Assembly (NCBI RefSeq): GCF_055900595.2
Contig: NZ_CM148325.1
DNA length: 64,000 bases
Direction: 5' to 3' (one strand)
Below, piece by piece: positions 1-11,958 of the stretch. The position numbers and the translations under genes were made by a program. Every line of letters starts with the position of its first letter. Position 1 is the first letter of the stretch. Below the pieces are notes generated by a model. That model made no database searches. It saw nothing but the letters and a program-made list of their open reading frames with translations, and had not been told where the DNA came from.

Positions 1-220
1 CAAAGGTATAAAGACTACGTAGTGCAACTTCGCCAAGGAAATCAAAAGGCACTTTATCAAATGCCATACGGTGGAGATCAAACGCCTTCATTTTTATGCT
101 CTTATCGTGGTTTATCCACTAAAAGCATAGTCAACAGTTCATCTGCCTGGCGGCGGTGATAGCGCCTTTGAGATAAAACCCGTATTATTGCGCGCTTTCC
201 GTACGACTAAAGTGATTTTC

Positions 221-1981
221 ATGACGCAAACATTTATCCCCGGCAAAGATGCCGCTCTGGAAGATTCCATCGCTCGCTTCCAGCAAAAACTTTCAGACCT
301 CGGTTTTCAGATTGAAGAGGCCTCCTGGCTGAATCCCGTGCCTAACGTCTGGTCTGTACATATTCGCGACAAAGAGTGCGCACTGTGTTTTACCAACGGT
401 AAAGGCGCAACCAAAAAAGCGGCGCTGGCTTCTGCACTCGGTGAATATTTCGAGCGTCTGTCTACCAACTACTTTTTTGCTGACTTCTGGCTGGGCGAAA
501 CCATCGCCAACGGTCCATTCGTGCATTATCCCAACGAAAAATGGTTCCCACTGACCGAAAACGACGATGTACCAGAAGGGCTGCTCGATGACCGTCTGCG
601 CGCATTTTACGATCCGGAGAATGAACTGACCGGCAGCATGCTGATTGACCTACAATCTGGTAACGAAGATCGTGGTATTTGCGGTCTGCCGTTTACGCGC
701 CAGTCCGACAATCAGATCGTTTATATTCCGATGAATATCATTGGTAACCTGTACGTTTCTAACGGTATGTCCGCTGGCAATACCCGAAACGAAGCACGCG
801 TTCAGGGGTTGTCCGAAGTTTTCGAACGCTACGTGAAAAACCGCATTATTGCTGAAAGCATCAGCTTGCCGGAAATCCCGACAGACGTGCTGGCGCGTTA
901 CCCAGCGGTGGTTGAAGCCATCGAAACGCTGGAAGCAGAAGGTTTCCCAATCTTTGCTTATGATGGTTCGCTTGGCGGCCAGTATCCGGTGATTTGCGTG
1001 GTACTGTTCAATCCTGCTAACGGTACCTGCTTTGCCTCTTTCGGTGCGCATCCTGATTTTGGCGTAGCACTGGAGCGTACCGTGACCGAGCTGCTGCAAG
1101 GTCGTGGCCTGAAAGATTTGGATGTGTTTACTCCGCCAACCTTCGATGATGAAGAAGTTGCTGAACATACCAACCTCGAAACGCACTTTATCGATTCCAG
1201 CGGTTTAATCTCCTGGGACCTGTTCAAGCAGGATGCCGATTATCCGTTTGTGGACTGGAGCTTCTCAGGCACCACGGAAGAAGAGTTTGCTACGCTGATG
1301 GCTATCTTCAACAAAGAAGATAAAGAAGTTTATATTGCCGATTACGAGCATCTGGGCGTTTATGCTTGCCGCATTATCGTGCCTGGCATGTCCGATATTT
1401 ATCCGGCAGAAGATCTGTGGCTGGCGAATAACAGCATGGGCAGCCATTTACGTGAAACGATTCTTTCACTCCCAGGCAGCGAGTGGGAAAAAGAAGATTA
1501 CCTGAACCTCATCGAGCAACTGGATGAAGAAGGTTTTGATGACTTTACTCGCGTGCGTGAGCTGTTGGGTCTGGCGACCGGGTCGGATAACGGTTGGTAC
1601 ACCCTGCGTATCGGAGAATTAAAAGCCATGCTGGCGCTGGCTGGTGGCGATCTGGAACAGGCTCTGGTCTGGACCGAATGGACGATGGAGTTTAACTCAT
1701 CAGTATTTAATCCGGAACGCGCCAACTATTATCGCTGCCTGCAAACGTTGTTATTACTGGCGCAGGAAGAAGATCGCCAGCCGCTGCAATATCTGAATGC
1801 GTTTGTTCGCATGTACGGCGCAGATGCCGTGGAAGCCGCCAGTGCGGCAATGAGCGGCGAAGCGGCGTTTTATGGCTTGCAACCAGTAGATAGCGATCTG
1901 CACGCGTTTGCTGCACATCAGTCGTTGTTGAAGGCATACGAAAAGCTGCAGCGCGCCAAAGCAGCATTCTGGGCAAAATAA
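221..1981 (+). CDS. ycaO: YcaO-domain protein (ribosomal protein S12 methylthiotransferase accessory factor)
   Basis: 586-aa ORF recognised as YcaO; start taken at MTQTFIPGKD inside the longer six-frame ORF; conserved position upstream of focA-pflB. Confidence 0.9.
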   Translation: MTQTFIPGKDAALEDSIARFQQKLSDLGFQIEEASWLNPVPNVWSVHIRDKECALCFTNGKGATKKAALASALGEYFERLSTNYFFADFWLGETIANGPFVHYPNEKWFPLTENDDVPEGLLDDRLRAFYDPENELTGSMLIDLQSGNEDRGICGLPFTRQSDNQIVYIPMNIIGNLYVSNGMSAGNTRNEARVQGLSEVFERYVKNRIIAESISLPEIPTDVLARYPAVVEAIETLEAEGFPIFAYDGSLGGQYPVICVVLFNPANGTCFASFGAHPDFGVALERTVTELLQGRGLKDLDVFTPPTFDDEEVAEHTNLETHFIDSSGLISWDLFKQDADYPFVDWSFSGTTEEEFATLMAIFNKEDKEVYIADYEHLGVYACRIIVPGMSDIYPAEDLWLANNSMGSHLRETILSLPGSEWEKEDYLNLIEQLDEEGFDDFTRVRELLGLATGSDNGWYTLRIGELKAMLALAGGDLEQALVWTEWTMEFNSSVFNPERANYYRCLQTLLLLAQEEDRQPLQYLNAFVRMYGADAVEAASAAMSGEAAFYGLQPVDSDLHAFAAHQSLLKAYEKLQRAKAAFWAK

Positions 1982-1989
1982 AATCAAAT

Positions 1990-2058
1990 AGCCTACGCAA
2001 TGTAGGCTTAATGATTCGTCTGAGTTATATTACGGGGCGTTTTTTTAATGCCCCGTTT
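1990..2058 (+). terminator. hairpins downstream of ycaO (AGCCTACGCAATGTAGGCT and ACGGGGCG...GCCCCGT)
   Basis: two inverted repeats directly after the ycaO stop, second with T-rich loop/tail. Confidence 0.5.
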
Positions 2059-2312
2059 TACATATATTTGCATTAATAAAATAATTGTAATTATAAAGTT
2101 AAATATCGGTAATTTGTATTTAATAAATACGATCGATATTGTTACTTTATTCGCCTGGTGCTCCCTTTTAATTAACTGTTTTAGCGGAGGATGCGGAAAA
2201 AATTCAACTCATTTGTTAATTTTTAAAATTTATTTTTATTTGGATAATCAAATATTTACTCCGTATTTGCATAAAAACCATGCGAGTTACGGGCCTATAA
2301 GCCAGGCGAGAT

Positions 2313-2327
2313 ATGATCTATATCAAT
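2313..2327 (+). promoter_or_regulatory. FNR-box-like site (aTGATctatATCAAt) in focA-pfl promoter region
   Basis: matches TTGAT-N4-ATCAA consensus with one mismatch, in the AT-rich region upstream of focA. Confidence 0.45.
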
Positions 2328-2386
2328 TTCTCATCTATAATGCTTTGTTAGTATCTCGTCGCCGACTTAATAAAGAGAGAGTTAGT

Positions 2387-3244
2387 GTGAAAGCTGACAA
2401 CCCTTTTGATCTTTTACTTCCTGCAGCAATGGCCAAAGTGGCCGAAGAGGCAGGTGTCTATAAAGCAACGAAACATCCGCTTAAGACTTTCTATCTGGCG
2501 ATTACCGCCGGTGTTTTCATCTCAATCGCATTCGTCTTCTATATCACAGCAACCACTGGCACAGGAACAATGCCCTTCGGCATGGCAAAACTGGTTGGCG
2601 GCATTTGCTTCTCTCTGGGGCTGATTCTTTGTGTTGTCTGCGGAGCCGATCTCTTTACTTCCACAGTGTTGATTGTTGTTGCTAAGGCGAGTGGGCGCAT
2701 CACCTGGGGTCAGTTGGCGAAAAACTGGCTAAATGTCTATTTTGGCAACCTGGTCGGCGCACTGCTGTTTGTACTTTTAATGTGGCTTTCCGGCGAGTAT
2801 ATGACCGCGAATGGTCAATGGGGACTAAACGTCCTACAAACCGCCGACCACAAAGTGCACCATACTTTTATTGAGGCCGTCTGCCTTGGTATCCTGGCAA
2901 ACCTGATGGTATGTCTGGCAGTATGGATGAGTTATTCTGGCCGCAGCCTGATGGATAAAGCGTTCATTATGGTGCTGCCGGTCGCGATGTTTGTTGCCAG
3001 CGGTTTTGAGCACAGTATCGCAAACATGTTTATGATCCCGATGGGTATTGTAATCCGCGACTTCGCATCTCCGGAATTCTGGACCGCTGTCGGTTCTGCA
3101 CCGGAAAATTTTTCTCACCTGACCGTGATGAACTTCATCACTGATAACCTGATTCCGGTTACGATCGGTAATATTATCGGCGGTGGTTTGTTGGTTGGGT
3201 TGACATACTGGGTCATTTACCTGCGTGAAAACGATCACCATTAA
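2387..3244 (+). CDS. focA: formate channel FocA
   Basis: 285-aa product from GTG start (MKADNPFDLL...), polytopic membrane protein; the 398-aa six-frame ORF is an upstream extension through the promoter region. Confidence 0.9.
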   Translation: MKADNPFDLLLPAAMAKVAEEAGVYKATKHPLKTFYLAITAGVFISIAFVFYITATTGTGTMPFGMAKLVGGICFSLGLILCVVCGADLFTSTVLIVVAKASGRITWGQLAKNWLNVYFGNLVGALLFVLLMWLSGEYMTANGQWGLNVLQTADHKVHHTFIEAVCLGILANLMVCLAVWMSYSGRSLMDKAFIMVLPVAMFVASGFEHSIANMFMIPMGIVIRDFASPEFWTAVGSAPENFSHLTVMNFITDNLIPVTIGNIIGGGLLVGLTYWVIYLRENDHH

Positions 3245-3298
3245 TGGTTGTCGAAGTACGCAGTAAATAAAAAATCCACTTAAGAAGGTAGGTGTTAC

Positions 3299-5581
3299 AT
3301 GTCCGAGCTTAATGAAAAGTTAGCCACAGCCTGGGAAGGTTTTACCAAAGGTGACTGGCAGAATGAAGTAAACGTCCGTGACTTCATTCAGAAAAACTAC
3401 ACTCCGTACGAGGGTGACGAGTCCTTCCTGGCTGGCGCTACTGAAGCGACCACCACCCTGTGGGACAAAGTAATGGAAGGCGTTAAACTGGAAAACCGCA
3501 CTCACGCGCCAGTTGACTTTGACACCGCTGTTGCTTCCACCATCACCTCTCACGACGCTGGCTACATCAACAAAGCGTTGGAAAAAGTTGTTGGTCTGCA
3601 GACTGAAGCTCCGCTGAAACGTGCTCTTATCCCGTTCGGTGGTATCAAAATGATCGAAGGTTCCTGCAAAGCGTACAACCGCGAACTGGACCCGATGATC
3701 AAAAAAATCTTCACTGAATACCGTAAAACTCACAACCAGGGCGTGTTCGACGTTTACACTCCGGACATCCTGCGTTGCCGTAAATCCGGTGTTCTGACCG
3801 GTCTGCCAGATGCTTATGGCCGTGGTCGTATCATCGGTGACTACCGTCGCGTTGCGCTGTACGGTATCGACTACCTGATGAAAGACAAATACGCTCAGTT
3901 CACCTCTCTGCAGGCTGATCTGGAAAACGGCGTAAACCTGGAACAGACTATCCGTCTGCGCGAAGAAATCGCTGAACAGCACCGCGCTCTGGGTCAGATG
4001 AAAGAAATGGCTGCGAAATACGGCTACGACATCTCTGGTCCGGCTACCAACGCTCAGGAAGCAATCCAGTGGACTTACTTCGGCTACCTGGCTGCTGTTA
4101 AGTCTCAGAACGGTGCTGCAATGTCCTTCGGTCGTACCTCCACCTTCCTGGATGTGTACATCGAACGTGACCTGAAAGCTGGCAAGATCACCGAACAAGA
4201 AGCGCAGGAAATGGTTGACCACCTGGTCATGAAACTGCGTATGGTTCGCTTCCTGCGTACTCCGGAATACGATGAACTGTTCTCTGGCGACCCGATCTGG
4301 GCAACCGAATCTATCGGTGGTATGGGCCTCGACGGTCGTACCCTGGTTACCAAAAACAGCTTCCGTTTCCTGAACACCCTGTACACCATGGGTCCGTCTC
4401 CGGAACCGAACATGACCATTCTGTGGTCTGAAAAACTGCCGCTGAACTTCAAGAAATTCGCTGCTAAAGTGTCCATCGATACCTCTTCTCTGCAGTATGA
4501 GAACGATGACCTGATGCGTCCGGACTTCAACAACGATGACTACGCTATCGCTTGCTGCGTAAGCCCGATGATCGTTGGTAAACAAATGCAGTTCTTCGGT
4601 GCGCGTGCAAACCTGGCAAAAACCATGCTGTACGCAATCAACGGCGGTGTTGACGAAAAACTGAAAATGCAGGTTGGTCCGAAATCTGAACCGATCAAAG
4701 GCGACGTCCTGAACTACGATGAAGTGATGGAGCGCATGGATCACTTCATGGACTGGCTGGCTAAACAGTACATCACCGCACTGAACATCATCCACTACAT
4801 GCACGACAAGTACAGCTACGAAGCCTCTCTGATGGCGCTGCACGACCGTGACGTTATCCGCACCATGGCGTGTGGTATCGCTGGTCTGTCCGTTGCTGCT
4901 GACTCCCTGTCTGCAATCAAATATGCGAAAGTTAAACCGATTCGTGACGAAGACGGTCTGGCTATCGACTTCGAAATCGAAGGCGAATACCCGCAGTTTG
5001 GTAACAACGATCCGCGTGTAGATGACCTGGCTGTTGACCTGGTAGAACGTTTCATGAAGAAAATTCAGAAACTGCACACCTACCGTGACGCAATCCCGAC
5101 TCAGTCTGTTCTGACCATCACTTCTAACGTTGTGTATGGTAAGAAAACTGGTAACACCCCAGACGGTCGTCGTGCTGGCGCGCCGTTCGGACCGGGTGCT
5201 AACCCGATGCACGGTCGTGACCAGAAAGGTGCTGTAGCATCTCTGACTTCCGTTGCTAAACTGCCGTTTGCTTACGCTAAAGATGGTATCTCCTACACCT
5301 TCTCTATCGTTCCGAACGCACTGGGTAAAGACGACGAAGTTCGTAAGACCAACCTGGCTGGTCTGATGGATGGTTACTTCCACCACGAAGCATCCATCGA
5401 AGGTGGTCAGCACCTGAACGTTAACGTGATGAACCGTGAAATGCTGCTCGACGCGATGGAAAACCCGGAAAAATATCCGCAGCTGACCATCCGTGTATCT
5501 GGCTACGCAGTACGTTTCAACTCGCTGACTAAAGAACAGCAGCAGGACGTTATTACTCGTACCTTCACTCAATCTATGTAA
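3299..5581 (+). CDS. pflB: pyruvate formate-lyase (formate C-acetyltransferase 1)
   Basis: 760-aa ORF, recognisable PflB sequence including the C-terminal glycyl-radical motif region (RVSGYAV). Confidence 0.95.
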   Translation: MSELNEKLATAWEGFTKGDWQNEVNVRDFIQKNYTPYEGDESFLAGATEATTTLWDKVMEGVKLENRTHAPVDFDTAVASTITSHDAGYINKALEKVVGLQTEAPLKRALIPFGGIKMIEGSCKAYNRELDPMIKKIFTEYRKTHNQGVFDVYTPDILRCRKSGVLTGLPDAYGRGRIIGDYRRVALYGIDYLMKDKYAQFTSLQADLENGVNLEQTIRLREEIAEQHRALGQMKEMAAKYGYDISGPATNAQEAIQWTYFGYLAAVKSQNGAAMSFGRTSTFLDVYIERDLKAGKITEQEAQEMVDHLVMKLRMVRFLRTPEYDELFSGDPIWATESIGGMGLDGRTLVTKNSFRFLNTLYTMGPSPEPNMTILWSEKLPLNFKKFAAKVSIDTSSLQYENDDLMRPDFNNDDYAIACCVSPMIVGKQMQFFGARANLAKTMLYAINGGVDEKLKMQVGPKSEPIKGDVLNYDEVMERMDHFMDWLAKQYITALNIIHYMHDKYSYEASLMALHDRDVIRTMACGIAGLSVAADSLSAIKYAKVKPIRDEDGLAIDFEIEGEYPQFGNNDPRVDDLAVDLVERFMKKIQKLHTYRDAIPTQSVLTITSNVVYGKKTGNTPDGRRAGAPFGPGANPMHGRDQKGAVASLTSVAKLPFAYAKDGISYTFSIVPNALGKDDEVRKTNLAGLMDGYFHHEASIEGGQHLNVNVMNREMLLDAMENPEKYPQLTIRVSGYAVRFNSLTKEQQQDVITRTFTQSM

Positions 5582-5620
5582 TTAGTTTTGACTGAAATCG
5601 TACAGTAAAAAGCGTACAAT

Positions 5621-5650
5621 AAAGGCTCCACGAAAGTGGGGCCTTTTTTA
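5621..5650 (+). terminator. rho-independent terminator after pflB
   Basis: GGCTCCAC-GAAA-GTGGGGCC hairpin followed by TTTTTT. Confidence 0.6.
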
Positions 5651-5772
5651 GCACGAGAGCCTTTTTTGTCAGCTATCTATACTTTAAGGTGACTGCCAAA
5701 ACAGACTCGACGTAGCCTTCGAGCTGCGCACCAACACGGCCTCAGATGGGCCACATCTGGAGAAACACCGCA

Positions 5773-6513
5773 ATGTCAGTTATTGGTCGCATTCACTCCT
5801 TTGAATCCTGTGGAACCGTAGACGGCCCGGGTATTCGCTTTATCACCTTTTTCCAGGGCTGCCTGATGCGCTGCCTGTATTGTCATAACCGCGACACCTG
5901 GGACACGCATGGCGGTAAAGAAGTTACCGTTGAAGATTTGATGAAGGAAGTGGTGACCTATCGCCACTTTATGAACGCTTCCGGCGGCGGCGTTACCGCA
6001 TCCGGCGGTGAAGCAATCCTGCAAGCTGAGTTTGTTCGTGACTGGTTCCGCGCCTGCAAAAAAGAAGGCATTCATACCTGTCTGGATACCAACGGTTTTG
6101 TTCGTCGTTACGATCCGGTGATTGATGAACTGCTGGAAGTAACCGACCTGGTAATGCTCGATCTCAAACAGATGAACGACGAGATCCACCAAAATCTGGT
6201 TGGAGTTTCCAACCACCGCACGCTGGAGTTTGCTAAATATCTGGCGAATAAAAATGTGAAGGTGTGGATCCGCTACGTTGTTGTCCCAGGCTGGTCTGAC
6301 GATGACGATTCAGCGCATCGCCTCGGTGAATTTACCCGTGATATGGGCAACGTTGAGAAAATCGAGCTTCTCCCCTACCACGAGCTGGGCAAACACAAAT
6401 GGGTGGCGATGGGTGAAGAATACAAACTTGATGGTGTTAAACCACCGAAGAAAGAGACCATGGAACGCGTGAAAGGCATTCTTGAGCAGTACGGTCATAA
6501 GGTAATGTTCTAA
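5773..6513 (+). CDS. pflA: pyruvate formate-lyase activating enzyme (radical SAM)
   Basis: 246 aa from [20 protein letters not shown]; CxxxCxxC radical-SAM cluster motif ([10 protein letters not shown]). Confidence 0.93.
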   Translation: MSVIGRIHSFESCGTVDGPGIRFITFFQGCLMRCLYCHNRDTWDTHGGKEVTVEDLMKEVVTYRHFMNASGGGVTASGGEAILQAEFVRDWFRACKKEGIHTCLDTNGFVRRYDPVIDELLEVTDLVMLDLKQMNDEIHQNLVGVSNHRTLEFAKYLANKNVKVWIRYVVVPGWSDDDDSAHRLGEFTRDMGNVEKIELLPYHELGKHKWVAMGEEYKLDGVKPPKKETMERVKGILEQYGHKVMF

Positions 6514-6522
6514 TTTCCCCGT

Positions 6523-6552
6523 AAAGCGGCAACTTTATTGAGTTGCCGCTTT
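6523..6552. terminator. bidirectional hairpin between convergent pflA and ycaK
   Basis: AAAGCGGCAACT-TTATTG-AGTTGCCGCTTT inverted repeat. Confidence 0.55.
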
Positions 6553-6594
6553 GTTATTCCGCGCTTCATTCTGCTACAGCGTTTTTAACACATC

Positions 6595-7185
6595 TTATAG
6601 TGCATCTACCATATCCCGTACCTGAGATAATAACGACTGATAATAGCTCGCGTGAAGTTCTTCCCCATCGAATACCACTGTATTACACAAGAAAGTGACA
6701 TCGGCATCTTCAATACCAAGATAACTGCACATATTTATCAAATAATCGCTTATATTTTTTTCCCAGCCCATCTGGACAAATGATTCTTTGTCTCCTCCAA
6801 CCAGCGCCACCCAACGAACTTTATTGAATGGTAATTTGTGCCCATCTCCATAAGCCAGCCCATTATTCCATACTCTGTCAATATATCCTTTTAGCATTGC
6901 TGGGAAGCTGTACCACCAGAGAGGAAAAACCACCACTAACGTGTCATGTTCAAGCAGCTCTGAATAAAGCTGATGAACCTCTGGAGAATAACGTTTATCC
7001 ATATTCTTCCAGTCTGGTTCATCTTCCGGCGTCATCACCGGGTTGAAATTACGCCGATATAAATCGAGTTCCGTCACCTGTATTTTCCGCTCCATTGCCC
7101 GCTGATGGATCGCATCAGCAATATGTGCGGTCAATGAATCATGACGAGGATGGGCCCATACCAAATAAATACGTTCAGACTGCAT
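6595..7185 (-). CDS. ycaK: putative NAD(P)H-dependent oxidoreductase (flavodoxin-like fold)
   Basis: 196-aa ORF in the conserved position next to pflA. Confidence 0.8.
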   Translation of the reverse strand: MQSERIYLVWAHPRHDSLTAHIADAIHQRAMERKIQVTELDLYRRNFNPVMTPEDEPDWKNMDKRYSPEVHQLYSELLEHDTLVVVFPLWWYSFPAMLKGYIDRVWNNGLAYGDGHKLPFNKVRWVALVGGDKESFVQMGWEKNISDYLINMCSYLGIEDADVTFLCNTVVFDGEELHASYYQSLLSQVRDMVDAL

Positions 7186-7284
7186 AATTTTACCTCCACG
7201 TTAAGTTCTGGAGCGCACTTTACGCAGGCGGCATCATCCTGTAAACGTGATGATTCAGGATGAGTTAATGAAGGATTTTCACTA

Positions 7285-8193
7285 ATGCGGATGAATATGT
7301 CTGACTTTGCCACTTTCTTTGCCGTGGCCCGTAATCAAAGCTTTCGTGCAGCAGGCGATGAGTTAGGCTTATCTTCGTCCGCCATTAGCCATAGTATTAA
7401 AACACTGGAACAACGTCTTAAAATTCGCTTATTCAATCGGACAACCCGAAGCGTATCGTTAACGGAAGCGGGTTCTAATCTCTATGAACGATTGCGCCCA
7501 GCTTTCGACGAAATCCAGATCATGTTAGATGAGATGAATGATTTTCGTCTGACACCGACAGGTACGCTCAAAATCAATGCCGCCCGGGTAGCTGCACGTA
7601 TATTTTTAATGCCTTTACTGGTTGGTTTCACACGTGAATATCCTGATATTAAAGTCGAGCTCACAACTGACGACTCTCTTGTTGATATCGTCCAGCAGGG
7701 CTTTGACGCTGGCGTTCGACTTAGTGGCATCGTCGAAAAAGATATGATCAGCGTGGCGATCGGCCCGCCAGTGAAATTATGTGTAGCAGCAACGCCAGAG
7801 TACTTTGCAAGATATGGCAAACCCCGCCATCCTCATGATCTGCTTAATCATCAATGTGTTGTTTTTCGTTATCCCAGCGGCAAACCTTTCCACTGGCAAT
7901 TTGCAAAGGAGCTGGAAATTGCTGTCGCAGGAAATATCATTCTGGATGATGTTGATGCTGAACTGGATGCCGTTTTGATGGGTGCTGGTATCGGGTATCT
8001 GCTCTATGAACAGATCAAGGAGTACCTTGATACCGGTCGTTTAGAATGTGTACTGGAAGACTGGATCACAGAGCGTCCAGGCTTCCAGATCTATTACCCA
8101 AACCGCCAGTATATGTCCTGCGGCTTGCGCGCATTTCTCGATTATGTAAAAACGGGTCAGATCTGCCAGAGTCAGCGTCACCGACCACAATAA
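7285..8193 (+). CDS. ycaN: LysR-family transcriptional regulator
   Basis: 302 aa; N-terminal HTH (LGLSSSAISHSIKTLEQRL) and LysR substrate-binding architecture. Confidence 0.85.
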   Translation: MRMNMSDFATFFAVARNQSFRAAGDELGLSSSAISHSIKTLEQRLKIRLFNRTTRSVSLTEAGSNLYERLRPAFDEIQIMLDEMNDFRLTPTGTLKINAARVAARIFLMPLLVGFTREYPDIKVELTTDDSLVDIVQQGFDAGVRLSGIVEKDMISVAIGPPVKLCVAATPEYFARYGKPRHPHDLLNHQCVVFRYPSGKPFHWQFAKELEIAVAGNIILDDVDAELDAVLMGAGIGYLLYEQIKEYLDTGRLECVLEDWITERPGFQIYYPNRQYMSCGLRAFLDYVKTGQICQSQRHRPQ

Positions 8194-9624
8194 TTATTTG
8201 CTATTCGCTTTACGCGCCAGCAGCGGGAATATCAGCCCTAATCCCACCAGCACAAACGGCGTTGCAACATTCAGCGCCAACTGGAATGTCCACTCTGCGG
8301 TGAAGGCTTCCATTTTCGGGAAAATACCAGTCAGGCAGGCAAAAGCGGTAAAGGCAAAACACCAAATTCCGACGGTCATTGCCAGCGGCTTATTACGAAT
8401 AAAGACATATTCCGGCTTATATTTCTGCGCCAGGCGAACAACTGCAATAAATGCAACAAATACCCATAAATAACGCAGCGGCATCACTACCGAGTTAAGA
8501 TTCAACAGCCATTTATAGAGATTGTTCATATCACCGATGCTGAGAGTCGGCAGCATAATCAGGATCGCCACCAGCACCAGGGTCAGAAAATAGCCATTAA
8601 CGGGCGTACCAGATGCGTTGGTACGACATAAACTGGCAGGAATATATTTGCTGTCAGCATCGCCTAATAATACTTTAAGCGGCGCATCAATCGAGAATAC
8701 CAGCGCAGCTACTTGACCCAGAGTATTCGCAATGGCGTAAATCACCATTAAAGTATTACCCATGCTGTAATACTCGCCCAGCTTCTGGAAGGCGTAATAC
8801 TGGCCGTTGGTCATTAAGTCATCGGGAATATTGCGGGAGTCAAACATCATCCCCATTGCAAGCGATCCAAGGATCGCGCACACCGCAACCATCACCGCCA
8901 GGCATAACATCCCTTTTGGAAATTCTTTTCCTGGGTTGCGCGTTTGATTAACGTAGGGAGAAATCTTCTCTGCTCCACCAACCGCAAAGACCAGCATTGA
9001 AATAGTGGTAATGTAGGTAAAGTCGATATGAGGAATAAACGTTTCCCAGGTAATGTTTGTGGTCGCAATATGCACTTCAGTAATCGCAGGCGCGGTTACC
9101 GCCATCGCCACATACAGGAGCGACATAACAAACATCGCAATCCCTGCCACAGAACCGACGATTTTCAGCGATTTCATACCGCGTGAAGCAACCCACATAA
9201 AGAAGACAAACAGCACCAGCGTTAACCCCTGTAACGCTACGACGGAATATTCTTTGATTAACGAACCGTCGCCTTTCATCGCCCAACCGAGCGCAATCAG
9301 TATTGCCTGGGGTTTTTGTGCCAGATAGGGAATATGCACTACCCAGTAGGTCCACGCGGCGAGGTAAGCCAGTCCGGGTCCCATCGTGTGTTTAATCCAG
9401 GTACTGACCCCGCCCTTCCCATCTTTGAAGGTCGAGCCTAACTGACCAACAATTAGCGCATAAGGTGTGAAATAGAGCGCAAAGATAAACACCCATGAAA
9501 AAACAACCACCAGCCCCTGGTTGGCGTAGTTATTAACAACGTTGCCAAAACCCCAGACAGTGATAAAAGACATCAGCGCAATGTTGTACCATCGCAGCTG
9601 TTTTTCCTGAACATTCCCAGCCAT
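8194..9624 (-). CDS. ycaM: APC-family amino acid transporter-like membrane protein
   Basis: polytopic membrane protein; start set at MAGNVQEKQ (476 aa) rather than the longer six-frame ORF. Confidence 0.8.
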   Translation of the reverse strand: MAGNVQEKQLRWYNIALMSFITVWGFGNVVNNYANQGLVVVFSWVFIFALYFTPYALIVGQLGSTFKDGKGGVSTWIKHTMGPGLAYLAAWTYWVVHIPYLAQKPQAILIALGWAMKGDGSLIKEYSVVALQGLTLVLFVFFMWVASRGMKSLKIVGSVAGIAMFVMSLLYVAMAVTAPAITEVHIATTNITWETFIPHIDFTYITTISMLVFAVGGAEKISPYVNQTRNPGKEFPKGMLCLAVMVAVCAILGSLAMGMMFDSRNIPDDLMTNGQYYAFQKLGEYYSMGNTLMVIYAIANTLGQVAALVFSIDAPLKVLLGDADSKYIPASLCRTNASGTPVNGYFLTLVLVAILIMLPTLSIGDMNNLYKWLLNLNSVVMPLRYLWVFVAFIAVVRLAQKYKPEYVFIRNKPLAMTVGIWCFAFTAFACLTGIFPKMEAFTAEWTFQLALNVATPFVLVGLGLIFPLLARKANSK

Positions 9625-9833
9625 AGACAAATCCTTCGCCAAAATTAAAGGGGCATCTGTAAAACGAGGGATTATGCGCGGCAAATAAGAAGTGCGGAAA
9701 TAGCGAAATGCAAAATTATAACCTGCTGCACATTTTATTTTGAAACGAATAAAATTTTGAAAAAAGCAAGTCAGAGAGAAGAAACAAAAAAGCAGAGTGT
9801 GAAACAGTAAGTTCACACTCTGCGTTAATTCAT

Positions 9834-10982
9834 TTACACGTGAGCAACGGGTTTCGGCGTATGACCGGCGTTGCGAAGCAGCATCAGCAAATAGATAAAC
9901 GATACGCTGGCGATCATGATAAACAATAAATTATCGGAGAAATTCTGCATTAGCATGGCAGTAAATGACGGGCCAAGCAGACTTCCCACAGTATAGCTCA
10001 ACAGTAAGGCCTGGTTCATCGCCACCAGTTGATGATGTTCAACTTTCTCGCAAGCCCATGCCATCGCCACCGGATATAGCGTAAAGCCAGCGGCACCGAG
10101 GATGAATAACGCTGGGGCCATCGCCGCCTGGCTAAGCATCGCGATACTGCCGAGAATGACGACAAAGACCTGGACACGCAACACCAGCAGTCGACCAAAC
10201 TTATCCGCCAGACGTCCAATCGGCCATTGTCCAAGGATACCCGCACTGACCAGTACCGCCATCCAGAAACCAATGCTGGCATTGCTCACCCCTTTGTGAT
10301 TGAGGTACAGCGGCATCAGGCCATATAGAGATCCCAGAACGATTCCTGAGATAATGCAGCCATTCACGCCAAGCCGCGCCTGACGGAGTTTTAGCATGGA
10401 CGTAATTGACGTCGAATCATGGTTTTCAGCCTGCTGATTCAGCACACGCGTAAACAACAGCGGTAAGATCCCTGCCAACGTCAAACCTGTAACCCACGGC
10501 AATACGGACATCAGCTCGGTTGAAACTTTGCTGACCAGTAACTGGCCTAAAAACGTTCCCACGTAATAAACCATCATATACGCAGCAAGCAAACGCCCAC
10601 GGTTACGTGACGTCCCACTGCACATCAGCGCGCTCTCAACAACCACCCAAATCATGGCACAGCCGACGCCGGCGACAAAACGCCACGCCAACCAGCTCCA
10701 GAATCCAATCATCAGGCCAAGGCCGGCACAGCCAGCGGCAAAAATGAAGGAGGCCAGATAATAGCTGCGGTTAAAGCCAATGCGCTTAATGACATACCCT
10801 GTCAGCAATGTACCGACCAGGTTGCCGGTAAAATAGGATGAGCTGACAACGCCTACCTGCCATGTGGACATATGTTCCTGGGCGAGCCAAAGCGGCACGA
10901 GTGTATTTAACACTGCGATCGCCAAAGTCAACAAAAGCAGGCCAGACAGCAAAAGCATGACAGGCCGGGTATACGTGGACAT
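9834..10982 (-). CDS. ycaD: MFS transporter
   Basis: 382-aa 12-TM protein in conserved position. Confidence 0.85.
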   Translation of the reverse strand: MSTYTRPVMLLLSGLLLLTLAIAVLNTLVPLWLAQEHMSTWQVGVVSSSYFTGNLVGTLLTGYVIKRIGFNRSYYLASFIFAAGCAGLGLMIGFWSWLAWRFVAGVGCAMIWVVVESALMCSGTSRNRGRLLAAYMMVYYVGTFLGQLLVSKVSTELMSVLPWVTGLTLAGILPLLFTRVLNQQAENHDSTSITSMLKLRQARLGVNGCIISGIVLGSLYGLMPLYLNHKGVSNASIGFWMAVLVSAGILGQWPIGRLADKFGRLLVLRVQVFVVILGSIAMLSQAAMAPALFILGAAGFTLYPVAMAWACEKVEHHQLVAMNQALLLSYTVGSLLGPSFTAMLMQNFSDNLLFIMIASVSFIYLLMLLRNAGHTPKPVAHV

Positions 10983-11296
10983 GAATTAAAACCGTGAGGA
11001 AGTTCAAATTTCATGCGCATCATGCCACCGCCAAAAACATTGTCAATGGGTGAAAATACGCGCATATCGCAGCTGAGGTATTATCGATTTATATTACTCA
11101 TTCATAACGCTAATGCTGGAGAGACGATTAATCTCATCTGATTGTTTTTATTGATCTAACACAAATTTCATACGCTTCGTTCAGTCGAAAAATTTCATGG
11201 TCACAGCAAACTCATATTTCCCGTCTATGCTTTCAGAGCAATGCATCGCGTCTGACCGATTTCAGACGTACCGCTGACTCTCGAAAGGAGAAGAGG

Positions 11297-11923
11297 ATGA
11301 CCAAACCGTATGTTCGTCTCGATAAAAATGATGCTGCCGTTTTGCTTGTTGATCACCAGGCTGGTTTACTTTCCCTTGTACGGGATATTGAACCCGATAA
11401 GTTTAAAAATAACGTGCTGGCGCTGGGCGACTTAGCTAAATACTTCAACTTACCAACAATTCTTACTACCAGTTTTGAAACCGGCCCTAACGGCCCATTA
11501 GTTCCGGAACTGAAAGCACAGTTCCCTGATGCACCTTACATTGCTCGCCCGGGAAATATTAACGCCTGGGATAACGAAGATTTTGTGAAAGCGGTAAAAG
11601 CGACAGGTAAAAAACAATTGATTATCGCTGGTGTGGTAACCGAAGTTTGCGTTGCGTTCCCGGCACTTTCGGCAATTGAAGAAGGGTTTGATGTCTTTGT
11701 CGTGACTGACGCGTCAGGAACCTTTAACGAAATTACCCGGCACTCGGCGTGGGATCGAATGTCGCAAGCGGGTGCGCAATTGATGACATGGTTCGGCGTG
11801 GCGTGCGAGCTGCATCGCGACTGGCGTAATGATATTGAAGGACTGGCGACGTTGTTCTCTAACCATATTCCTGATTATCGTAATTTGATGACCAGTTATG
11901 ACACGTTAACGAAGCAGAAATAA
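11297..11923 (+). CDS. ycaC: isochorismatase-family hydrolase
   Basis: 208-aa ORF, conserved position between ycaD and dmsC. Confidence 0.85.
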   Translation: MTKPYVRLDKNDAAVLLVDHQAGLLSLVRDIEPDKFKNNVLALGDLAKYFNLPTILTTSFETGPNGPLVPELKAQFPDAPYIARPGNINAWDNEDFVKAVKATGKKQLIIAGVVTEVCVAFPALSAIEEGFDVFVVTDASGTFNEITRHSAWDRMSQAGAQLMTWFGVACELHRDWRNDIEGLATLFSNHIPDYRNLMTSYDTLTKQK

Positions 11924-11928
11924 AAGAG

Positions 11929-11950
11929 AACCGGGGCCGAAACCCCGGTT
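11929..11950. terminator. bidirectional terminator between ycaC and dmsC
   Basis: AACCGGGGC-CGAAA-CCCCGGTT hairpin. Confidence 0.55.
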
Positions 11951-11958
11951 GTTACTCA

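Noticed and set aside
3320-5572. 750-aa minus-strand ORF covering pflB
   Set aside because: Antisense to a well-recognised, highly expressed gene; Thr/Val/Ser-rich low-complexity translation; open by chance from codon bias.
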